This document shows, piece after piece, positions 1-7,830 of a stretch of 34,130 nucleotides of DNA (positions are counted from its first letter, which is position 1; every line of letters begins with the position of its first letter). The notes beneath the pieces are model-generated. The model saw nothing but the letters and a program-made list of their open reading frames with translations, made no database searches and was not told the DNA's origin. Source of the DNA: a virus (lineage: Duplodnaviria > Caudoviricetes); the IMG/VR virus record IMGVR_UViG_3300025021_000204, positions 1-34,130 of that record; one strand, 5' to 3'. The position numbers and the translations under genes were made by a program.

Positions 1-972
1 CAGGGCACCATCGTAATAGTAGCCACCGGCCAGAGGCAGGCGCTCATCCGTTACATCAACCCAGAATCCGTCGCCGCCAAGGCCGGTGCTGGCGACCGGA
101 TAAAGCCCCAGAGATTTTGCCAGCGACAATGCGGCTGCACCTACTGGCGTAGTGCCAGGGTTGGTCATACCTTCCAGGCTTGCACCCGATGCACGCACCA
201 GTGTGTAGTTGGTTGTACCGGATGTCGCATACTTGATCGCATTGGCCGAGCCAGGCGCAACCAATGCACCAGTAGAGCCGTCAATAGCCTTCCAAAGTGA
301 CGAAGTCGCGCTCTGATCCTTGGTGTTATCCGCCGCATCATTGTTCTGGATGATTTGGATTTCGCCAGCTTGCAGGCGCATACCGGCGTTCCACTCCCAC
401 AAATTGCCGTTCAGATCGGCGATGCCGCTAGGCTGGCCGTTATGACGCCAAGAGGCCGGGCCTGCACCAGTGTAGGTCTTGCCATTGCCGGTAGCGCTCC
501 CGATAGCGCCGCCATCGGCGCGCGCTGCCGTTTCCCACGGCGAGCCTACATCCCGGCCCCAGTCGTTATTGCCGCGAGGCATAGTGCCATTCTTCCAGCT
601 CCACAGAGCAATGGCAGCCATCTCGGCGGTAGTCATCATGTGCCAGCCTGGGCCATTGGCCGCAGCCAAACCACGGAACGTATCGAAGTTCACGCTGGCG
701 GTCGGTGAAACGCCCGGAATGGACAGCAGGTTGCCATCCTTCTGGATGCCGAGGTGCTGGCCGATGAAGATTTCACTCTTCTCGACGCCATTGACAATAA
801 ACGCCTCATGCACGCCGGTGCCGAGACCGGCATCGATGTCCTGCTTGTTGAACTTCGGGATGACATTCATATAGCACGGGTGTCCTGCCGCCGTGTAAAG
901 CACGGTGACATGGCCGCCAGTTGCGGCCTCAACCGAGGCTCGAAGATCGTCTTTGATGAAGATGGTAGTCAT
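1..972 (-). CDS. Mtd-like (major tropism determinant) receptor-binding protein, C-type lectin/FGE-sulfatase fold; 3' end truncated by window
   Basis: Not in ORF track (no stop inside window). SD AAGGAG then ATG at 972; open for 324 codons: MTTIFIKDDLRASVEAATGGHVTVLY...GWHMMTTAEMAAIALW...GIADLNGNLWEW (391-426)...ERLPLAGGYYYDGAL>; last gene of the tail operon. Confidence 0.85.
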   Translation of the reverse strand, partial: MTTIFIKDDLRASVEAATGGHVTVLYTAAGHPCYMNVIPKFNKQDIDAGLGTGVHEAFIVNGVEKSEIFIGQHLGIQKDGNLLSIPGVSPTASVNFDTFRGLAAANGPGWHMMTTAEMAAIALWSWKNGTMPRGNNDWGRDVGSPWETAARADGGAIGSATGNGKTYTGAGPASWRHNGQPSGIADLNGNLWEWNAGMRLQAGEIQIIQNNDAADNTKDQSATSSLWKAIDGSTGALVAPGSANAIKYATSGTTNYTLVRASGASLEGMTNPGTTPVGAAALSLAKSLGLYPVASTGLGGDGFWVDVTDERLPLAGGYYYDGAL

Positions 973-990
973 GGTGATTGGTCTCCTTAA

Positions 991-1311
991 TTAGTTTGCT
1001 GGCCACAGCGTGAGGACGATGCGGTTTGGGTCGAATGCCACCGGAGTGGTAACGGTAGTCGGGTGTCCGTCTGCATCGAGCGGGCCTGCCTCCTCGATGT
1101 AGCGCCTGGCGGGAATTTCGACCTGCGCCAGGAAAGCGCCATCACCACCCTCGTGAGGGATGCCGTCAAGTTCGCGGATTTCAATGATCTGTGCTTCGTC
1201 AGTCTCACGCGCAGCGCAGTCGATTACTACGCCAGCCACGGTCACTACATCACTCGTAACTGAGAACTCGGAAACGACTTGGCCAGGCTGTTTCATGTTG
1301 ATTTGCGGCAT
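991..1311 (-). CDS. small tail-tip protein (possible adaptor between fibre and Mtd-like protein)
   Basis: 106 aa, SD AAGGAG, co-oriented between tail fibre and Mtd-like gene; function inferred from position. Confidence 0.6.
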   Translation of the reverse strand: MPQINMKQPGQVVSEFSVTSDVVTVAGVVIDCAARETDEAQIIEIRELDGIPHEGGDGAFLAQVEIPARRYIEEAGPLDADGHPTTVTTPVAFDPNRIVLTLWPAN

Positions 1312-1329
1312 TTGTAACTCCTTTCATGG

Positions 1330-2259
1330 TTAAGCGTTGAGGCGGCTCACGCGGTAGCGAGCCACCACATTGTCAGCGGCTGCGGCAAGCATCACCGTGA
1401 AGCCGTTATTGGCACGACTGGACACCACCAGGCTTTTAGCCTCGGCTGGCCCGCCCTGGGCGGATAGCACGTCAAAGGTGATGTGATAGGCGCTGTCCGG
1501 CAGGCCGTTGATCTGCGGCGAAGCCTGCGCCGGGTTGTCCAGCATGATCGGAAAGCCAGCCTCGATGCGCCGCACATCCATGAGCGTCACAGAGGACAGG
1601 TTTGGATCTGTCGCATCCGTCGAATTCGCTGGCACGGTCAGGTTATAGATCAGAATGCCATCGTCCGGCACAGCCTGACCGATGGTGGTCACGGCCAAGC
1701 GCCAGAAGCCATAGGCATCCTGATAAAGGTAGGCATACACCGTTACAGCGCCGGTACCGGTGTTGCTCGGCACCGAGGCATAATTGTTGCCATCAGCCAC
1801 CGCAAACTGCTGGCCTTTCGCAAAACAGATTCCCGCCGCGATGCTAAGGTTGCGCGCCGCCGTCGTAGATTTCGACAATATGCAGCCCGTGACAACGCCA
1901 CGATTCTTGATGGTCACGATGCCTTCCTGCTGTGCGAATTGATGCAGTCCGCGCACGCCTTTGTTGGCCACGTTCGCTTGGTCGATGGCGAATTTAAGCG
2001 TAGCCATCACAGCGTCCTGAGTATCCGGCCCCAATGCTGCCGTGGAGGCTTCCACGGCAGCCATGCGCTCGGTCAGGCTTGGATAGGAACCCTTGGCCGC
2101 ATCGACAACGTCGGCGCGTTCCTTGAGGTATTTGGTACGATTGGCGAGCTGCTTTGCCTGCACGTTGGCAATACCATTCGGCCCAGCCAGCACCGGGTCA
2201 GTCGTTTCGATCTGGTAGACGCCATTTTCCCAGGTCGGGCTTTCAGTCACATTTGCCAT
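1330..2259 (-). CDS. short tail fibre protein
   Basis: N-terminus MANVTESPTWENGVYQIETTDPVLAGPNGIANVQAKQLANRTKYLK is a typical myophage fibre baseplate-attachment segment; coiled coil then beta-rich region; SD GGAGG. Confidence 0.75.
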   Translation of the reverse strand: MANVTESPTWENGVYQIETTDPVLAGPNGIANVQAKQLANRTKYLKERADVVDAAKGSYPSLTERMAAVEASTAALGPDTQDAVMATLKFAIDQANVANKGVRGLHQFAQQEGIVTIKNRGVVTGCILSKSTTAARNLSIAAGICFAKGQQFAVADGNNYASVPSNTGTGAVTVYAYLYQDAYGFWRLAVTTIGQAVPDDGILIYNLTVPANSTDATDPNLSSVTLMDVRRIEAGFPIMLDNPAQASPQINGLPDSAYHITFDVLSAQGGPAEAKSLVVSSRANNGFTVMLAAAADNVVARYRVSRLNA

Positions 2260-2271
2260 AAATCTTCCTCC

Positions 2272-2742
2272 TTAAAAAAGAATCGTCCAGGAGCCGGTGA
2301 GCGACAAGTCGGACTCCTTCTGGATGGGGGCGCGTTGCTTGCGCGAAAACAGAGTTCCGTCCGCGCAGATCAGACCGAACTCCGTGATGGATACGCCGTT
2401 CATCTCGGCGGTGGACAAGCTCCAGTTAAACTGCACCTGGCCGGTGGCCGGATAGCTCACGCTGCCGATGGCCTTGATATAAGGCGATGTCAGCGCCGTA
2501 TCTCCCGGCGCGGCAGCAGTAGTGCCTACACCGAAGCCGATCTGCGTGATGTGCCGATTAGTTCCGTTGCCGCCGATCAGCCGCGCGAGCTGGTTTTTCG
2601 CACCGTTGACGATAAGGTTCGTTTCGTCGATGACCTCGACCAGTTCACCGCCTCGGCGAAGCTCAACGTAGAAATGCCCAGCCATCGGCACATCGTCGCG
2701 TAGGACGATCCCGCCGCCCATGTTGTTTTGTTCGTTCATCAA
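2272..2742 (-). CDS. baseplate/tail-fibre attachment protein
   Basis: NLIVNGAK...ITQIGFGVG...ITEFGL...LFSRK...LTGSWTILF pattern resembles the N-terminal domain of P2 gpH-type fibres as a stand-alone gene; follows gpI-like gene. Confidence 0.65.
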   Translation of the reverse strand: MMNEQNNMGGGIVLRDDVPMAGHFYVELRRGGELVEVIDETNLIVNGAKNQLARLIGGNGTNRHITQIGFGVGTTAAAPGDTALTSPYIKAIGSVSYPATGQVQFNWSLSTAEMNGVSITEFGLICADGTLFSRKQRAPIQKESDLSLTGSWTILF

Positions 2743-3782
2743 GCCTCCAGCATGGTGATGGCATCGCCGCTGTACGCGGTATTGCCGAAGTGAGTAAATT
2801 GCCCGGCGTAGTTTTCCGAGCCGTCAAAGCGGTAGGCGCTATAGGCCATGCGCCCATCGAAACGGCGATGGCGGCGCACCTCGATCTGCATGGGCAGGTC
2901 TTCTGCTACAGGAGCCGATGCGCCGAAATCGGCATAGCCGCTGTAGTCCAGCTCCGCACCGTAAGCAGGGCAGCGAATCTGCTGGTCAGTCATGCCGATC
3001 AACGCGGCCATGCTGTCGCGCTCACGGTCGCCGTCATGGATCGCGCCTGTTGGCGTGGCCGAGAAGCCGTTGTGAATCGCAGCGCCATCGAAGTGCAGCG
3101 CCCCATCCCAGGTATGCAGTGCGCCCTGATCATAGGCCAGCGCGCCATCGTAGAAATGGTGCCCCCAACGATGCTGATCATCGTGTGTAAAGGAGCCTGC
3201 GTGTTGTCCCAGCTCGGTCACACCAACCTGCTCGGTAATACTTGCGCGGTGCTGCACGTCCACCAGGTGACTGCGCGCAGGCTTCCACGCCGTAACGGCC
3301 TCCACTATCAGCGCAGTCTGGGCGGCGGTGATAGGCTGATCATCACCCGCGTCGGCCACCACGCGGAACTGCGCCCAACCGTAGGCGGCATAAGTATCGG
3401 AGCCGCTGAACGTCACGCCACCGTCGTAGCGGTTTGACGGCAGGCGCTCATTGATTTCCAGATCATTAAAACCAGCCGCCTTGAAAGCCTCACGGATGGC
3501 CCAAGGGGTACCCTTATGTCGGTGTAGCGCCACGGCTCTGGCCAGCAGCGCGCGGCGCTGTTCAGGCGTATCTGCCAGATTCCATCCACCTTCACCCATG
3601 ATGCAGAACTGCTCACCCAAGTGCGACAGCGCCGATTCCGCGACGTGTTCGAAGTCGTAGATCAGCGTCGGTAGCAGGTCAATGTCCGACAGGCGCGACT
3701 GGACAGCTTCCAGCGCCCGCATGGATAGATCGGTCGCCAGTGGCGGCGGCAGTAGCGTTGGCTTCACGAAATCGTCAGCCAT
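2739..3782 (-). CDS. baseplate wedge/tail protein I (P2 gpI-like) with C-terminal (Y/F/W)DG repeats
   Basis: LLPPPLA...LSHLGEQF...ALHRHKGTPWAIREA...WKPARSHL motifs; follows baseplate J. Confidence 0.85.
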   Translation of the reverse strand: MADDFVKPTLLPPPLATDLSMRALEAVQSRLSDIDLLPTLIYDFEHVAESALSHLGEQFCIMGEGGWNLADTPEQRRALLARAVALHRHKGTPWAIREAFKAAGFNDLEINERLPSNRYDGGVTFSGSDTYAAYGWAQFRVVADAGDDQPITAAQTALIVEAVTAWKPARSHLVDVQHRASITEQVGVTELGQHAGSFTHDDQHRWGHHFYDGALAYDQGALHTWDGALHFDGAAIHNGFSATPTGAIHDGDRERDSMAALIGMTDQQIRCPAYGAELDYSGYADFGASAPVAEDLPMQIEVRRHRRFDGRMAYSAYRFDGSENYAGQFTHFGNTAYSGDAITMLEA

Positions 3783-4896
3783 TGGCCACTCCTGTCACCG
3801 TGACGGTAATGCCTGTGCAGCGCGGGTACTCCCACTTCGCCAAATCCAGATCGGCGGCAGGTGCGACGGGGATGACGGAATAAACGCCATATACGAACAG
3901 CGCATCGATGAGCTGCGAACGTATGATGGACTGGCCGAACTTCAACCGCGCATCGCGGAAAACCTGCGCGGCCTTCTCCGCTTCCGCCTGCGCCAGCGCA
4001 GCATCCGCAGTACTGGTGAGCACGATCTGCACATTGATGGCGTAGTCCACTGGAACCGGATCTGATACCAGCACCTGATCACACAGTGGGCGCACTTTAT
4101 CGGCGCTACACGTGGCCAGCACCGCCGCCTTGATGGCCTCTCCCGGCAGACCGGCTGCGGTCAACGGATAGAGCGTCACATCGCCAGGAACGTGCGAGAC
4201 AACGGCCACGTCGATGATATTCTGATGCGCACTCATCGCATGGAAGCGGTATGCCTCAACCGAACCAGCCACGCTGAATACCTCCGGGGCAAGCACGATG
4301 CGCTCCTTGAAATGCTCATCGTTCTCTTCTTCTGCACCGCCTTCGGACGTAGTGATATTCTCCACGGCATCCACAGCCAGACCGCTCGGCACATCCACCA
4401 GCGTCTTGATCTGGCCCGGCGCGAAACCGTTGCCGACCTCGCCAGATTGGGTGCAGGTAGCCAGCACGTCAATTTGTGCCGCCCCCGCAGCCACGGTTAC
4501 CGCATCCTTGGTCGCAAACGCCACGTTGCCGCTTTGGACTTGCGTCCCCGCAGGCAGAACGGCGCCAACCGTTGGCGCAGGATTAAACGTGAATCGCAGC
4601 GTTACAGTGGCAGCAACCGCAGGCACACGCGCCACGCCAACATTCTCGCCCAGGTAGTCCAGAATGACACCACGGCTGTAGCGCACCAGATTGAGCTTTG
4701 CGCCGTCCTGGAACGCCTCGCGCACCAGGCTTTCGCGGTAAGCCACTACATCAATCAGCAGGCGCTCGGCCTGCGCCGGGTAAAGCGTCTTACCAGTAAG
4801 CTGCTCGTATAAAGCAATCATCTCGCGCGTAACCTTGGCAGGATCGCGCTCGATGAAATTGGGGTCTGGCATCTGCCGATCAAGAAGCGTGCTCAT
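3775..4896 (-). CDS. baseplate J-like protein
   Basis: PNFIERDP, LDYLGENVGV, GGAEEENDEHFKERI, FSVAGSVEAYRFHA, VRPLCDQV motifs; start reassigned to ATG 4896 (ATGA overlap with gpW stop). Confidence 0.92.
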   Translation of the reverse strand: MSTLLDRQMPDPNFIERDPAKVTREMIALYEQLTGKTLYPAQAERLLIDVVAYRESLVREAFQDGAKLNLVRYSRGVILDYLGENVGVARVPAVAATVTLRFTFNPAPTVGAVLPAGTQVQSGNVAFATKDAVTVAAGAAQIDVLATCTQSGEVGNGFAPGQIKTLVDVPSGLAVDAVENITTSEGGAEEENDEHFKERIVLAPEVFSVAGSVEAYRFHAMSAHQNIIDVAVVSHVPGDVTLYPLTAAGLPGEAIKAAVLATCSADKVRPLCDQVLVSDPVPVDYAINVQIVLTSTADAALAQAEAEKAAQVFRDARLKFGQSIIRSQLIDALFVYGVYSVIPVAPAADLDLAKWEYPRCTGITVTVTGVANG

Positions 4897-5315
4897 AGCT
4901 GTTTCCTCAACGGCACAGGCGTCTTGAAGATTTCCGACCCAACGCCATCGGCGAACACCCACTCGACCTCGACCAGCAGACCGGCCACATCGCCGAGAGA
5001 AACAAACACACGCATCACCTTGATGCGCGGCTCCCACTGGCGTAGCGCATCCACCACCTCGCGCACGATGTGAGGACGGGCGGCGTCGATAGGATAATCA
5101 ACATACAAGTGCAGGTTACTGCCGAAGGTCGGGCGGTGCGGATCGCTGCCCTTGGGAGACTCCAGAATGATGTAGATGCACTGACTGACATCATCCGCGC
5201 CAGTGACAATCTCGCCCATCCGGTCGCTTGCGAGACCGGATGGATGCCCAACCACCTGCCCGGACAGCGCGGGCTGATAGAAAGCGGGGCGAGAGTTTGC
5301 AGGGATGGCGACCAT
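4893..5315 (-). CDS. baseplate protein W / gp25 family
   Basis: QCIYIILESPKGSDPHRPTFGS...ALRQWEPRI motif; between spike and J. Confidence 0.9.
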   Translation of the reverse strand: MVAIPANSRPAFYQPALSGQVVGHPSGLASDRMGEIVTGADDVSQCIYIILESPKGSDPHRPTFGSNLHLYVDYPIDAARPHIVREVVDALRQWEPRIKVMRVFVSLGDVAGLLVEVEWVFADGVGSEIFKTPVPLRKQL

Positions 5316-5363
5316 GTGCTTATGGTCGCCTAAAGCCCTTATTGCGGCGATTAAAGGGCTTTA
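5316..5363 (-). promoter_or_regulatory. putative activator-dependent late promoter (box TAAAGCCCTTTA at 5352-5363, -10-like GACCAT), leaderless into gpW
   Basis: Dyad box ends exactly 36 nt before ATG 5315; same geometry as three other sites; no SD. Confidence 0.7.
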
Positions 5364-5373
5364 GTTTATGGGG

Positions 5374-5970
5374 CTAGTGGGAGTGATGATTGGAGTTTCC
5401 ACCGGCATCAATGATCGTGCCGGTCGCCTGGATATTGCCATCCACTTGCACGTTGCCCTGAATGCTGGCCGCTGAGCCGCCACCCGAGCCGGACATACCG
5501 TCCTTGTAGGTCAGCAAACCATTAACAGTCAGCTTGCCGGTGCAGGTAGTCTGCGGCGTGTCCAGTATGATGCTGGGCGCTTTGATCGTTACCGCACCAT
5601 CGGCGGTGACATTTACAACCCCTTTGCAAAATACAGTCATCGCCCCGCTGGCACGGTCATATTCGATGCTGCCGCCGTCCTTGAACGCCAAGTGGAACTT
5701 ATCCTTGCTCGCCACGGGCGGCATATCCGGATCAGAGTAGATCGCGCCGAGGATACAGCCGTCTTCCATGAACTCATCGAGCAGGCAGGAAACCTGCTCG
5801 CCCACGTCCAGCGTCCACACAATTTTGTCTTCAAGCGTCTTGGGGTGAATGACCGGCAGCCAGGCCGTGACCAGGCCATCTATATCCTCGAAGCTCACCC
5901 GCGCAAATCCGGGCTTGGATTCAGCCACGATGCCCGTCTTGTAACTCACGCCGCCCGTGGTTCGCGTCAT
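5374..5970 (-). CDS. baseplate assembly protein V (central spike)
   Basis: OB-fold N-terminus (ARVSFED...TAWLPV...GEQV), FKDGGSIEYD, beta-helix repeats, C-terminal NHHSH metal-binding tip. Confidence 0.92.
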   Translation of the reverse strand: MTRTTGGVSYKTGIVAESKPGFARVSFEDIDGLVTAWLPVIHPKTLEDKIVWTLDVGEQVSCLLDEFMEDGCILGAIYSDPDMPPVASKDKFHLAFKDGGSIEYDRASGAMTVFCKGVVNVTADGAVTIKAPSIILDTPQTTCTGKLTVNGLLTYKDGMSGSGGGSAASIQGNVQVDGNIQATGTIIDAGGNSNHHSH

Positions 5971-7004
5971 TTCTTCTCAGCTCCCTGCTCCGGATCGCGC
6001 ACCCGTTTCAGATCTACTTCCGTGCCGTAGCCCGAGCTGCGCGACACGCGATGCCGAGCTTGCGTCACGGTGTATTTGCCGTCCATCGCACCGAAGCCGA
6101 CCAGCAGCACATTCACGCCAGACATCAACCGCACCTCGCCGGGCAGAGTGAGGCCGCCACCCGTCTGGTCTTCGTTGGCGAGATCGAGCGCGGCATCGGC
6201 CTTGAGCTGCGCCTGCTGCTCGTTTTCGGCGCGCACGTTGCGCTTCAGCTCATCGGCGCTGTGCGCGTTGTGCTTGGCCTCTTTGTCCTTAACCGTCGCC
6301 TTCTTCGTCTTCTTGGTCTTGGGATCGTGATAGGACACGGTTGCGGCCACCACCACGCCATGCACCTTGTCGCGGAAGCGAAAGCTGGTCACGTCCTGGC
6401 GTGTAATGGTGAGCGTGGATTCCGCCTTCTTGAGTTCAGCGCGCTTGAAGAACGTGAGCTTGTCGCCACGCACCGAGAAGCTGTAGCCGTAGCTCTCGGC
6501 CACGCGCTTGAGAAAGGTCAGGTCGGTTTCATAGACCTGCGTCACACGGGATATCTTCACTGCCTCGATAGTGCCGGAGAGCTTCAGCTTGTTGCGCTGC
6601 GCCACGGTTCTGGCAATGTCGGCCAGAGTGGTATTCTCGTAAGCACGCCCGTTGTAAGTGCGCACGGAGCGTTTCACCCCTGCCGCCAGCCCCTTGATGC
6701 GGATAGTGTCCGGCGGGCCTTCCAGCTCAACCTCATCCACCTCGAAATCGCCGCACGGCAGCAGCGGCCCATTGGCATAACCGAGCTGCACGCTCACCAT
6801 GTCGCCATGCTGTGGGTACCAGGCGTTCTGCCAGCGCCGGTCAACATCCTCAAGCAGAATCTCGACACTGTCGCTTTCACCTTCCATGAAGTCGGTATAG
6901 CTGATCTCGATGAGCGCCGGGGAAATCACCGTGGTGATATCGCGGCGCTCATAGATCACGATGACCTTGGGTTCGGGTATCGTAGAAAGGCTCAACGCTT
7001 CCAC
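5967..7004 (-). CDS. late control D / baseplate hub (P2 gpD-like)
   Basis: ISYTDFMEGESDSVEI, GDFEVDEVELEGPPDTI, QVYETDLTFLKRVAE motifs. Confidence 0.9.
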   Translation of the reverse strand: MEALSLSTIPEPKVIVIYERRDITTVISPALIEISYTDFMEGESDSVEILLEDVDRRWQNAWYPQHGDMVSVQLGYANGPLLPCGDFEVDEVELEGPPDTIRIKGLAAGVKRSVRTYNGRAYENTTLADIARTVAQRNKLKLSGTIEAVKISRVTQVYETDLTFLKRVAESYGYSFSVRGDKLTFFKRAELKKAESTLTITRQDVTSFRFRDKVHGVVVAATVSYHDPKTKKTKKATVKDKEAKHNAHSADELKRNVRAENEQQAQLKADAALDLANEDQTGGGLTLPGEVRLMSGVNVLLVGFGAMDGKYTVTQARHRVSRSSGYGTEVDLKRVRDPEQGAEKK

Positions 7005-7225
7005 GGCGGCAACTCCTCTGCCTGCAACGCTTGAGTGGATTCACTGACGGGCAGCACCGGAATCAGCACCTTTACACCGGAAGGCAGCGCCGAGCCAATG
7101 TCCAGCGCCGGGTTTGCTTGAATGATGCGACCATAGTCCAGCGGATTGCCGTAATAACGCCACGCCAGGCTATCCCAACGCTCACCGGCCTGCGTGATGT
7201 GCTCGATGCAATTGATAGCTTTCAC
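6992..7225 (-). CDS. tail protein X (LysM-like)
   Basis: HITQAGERWDSLAWRYYG...IIQANP...LPPWKR. Confidence 0.9.
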   Translation of the reverse strand: MKAINCIEHITQAGERWDSLAWRYYGNPLDYGRIIQANPALDIGSALPSGVKVLIPVLPVSESTQALQAEELPPWKR

Positions 7226-7830
7226 CGTGCGCTCCGCAGCGGTGATGCGCCAGCGGGGCGCGGGGCGGGAGTCTTATAGACCGATTGTGACGGCATCGTA
7301 GCTGAACCGCTCGCCGCATTCTGCTCGATGGCTACGGCGGACTGGCGCGGTGTTTCGTCCGGCATCGACGCAGCCGGTGGAGATTCGCGCATCTTGAGTT
7401 GCGCCTCAATCCACAGCAATGTCCCATCGCCCCGAGTCATGCGCGTAGTCACGTTCACCGAGACCGGCACAAACCATCCCTGGTGCGCACCGCTGGCAAA
7501 CACCAGCGGCAGCGGCGTGTGAGCCGCGACGGCAGCGCGTAACTTCAATAGTTCCACGGTCGGCACACAGAAGCCCGCGTGGAACATCAGATTCCACGTC
7601 ACTTCGCCAAGATTATCGCCCACCCACTGCAAGCGCGGCTTACCCTCGATCAGCGCATGCTCCGCAAAGTTCGCCGAGAAACTCTCTTCGACCCCTTCAA
7701 TTTGAGACAGCACATCAAAGCCAATCGTGCCCAGCATGGCATGTGAAATTCCGCCGAGATTGCTCTTCAGCTCGCGGATGACGCGGTCGGAGGCAAAATT
7801 TCCGCCAACTGAGAGCAGTTGATCTAACAT
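7222..7830 (-). CDS. tail tube initiator (P2 gpU-like)
   Basis: FAEHALIEGKPRLQWVGDNL motif; directly after tape measure. Confidence 0.85.
   Translation of the reverse strand: MLDQLLSVGGNFASDRVIRELKSNLGGISHAMLGTIGFDVLSQIEGVEESFSANFAEHALIEGKPRLQWVGDNLGEVTWNLMFHAGFCVPTVELLKLRAAVAAHTPLPLVFASGAHQGWFVPVSVNVTTRMTRGDGTLLWIEAQLKMRESPPAASMPDETPRQSAVAIEQNAASGSATMPSQSVYKTPAPRPAGASPLRSAR

Noticed and set aside
355-990. Three + strand ORFs (355-708, 479-874, 754-990)
   Set aside because: Antisense shadows of the Mtd-like gene on the minus strand; no SD or motifs
4897-5037. N-terminal extension of baseplate J in the ORF track
   Set aside because: Overlaps gpW out of frame; ATGA-coupled start at 4896 fits better
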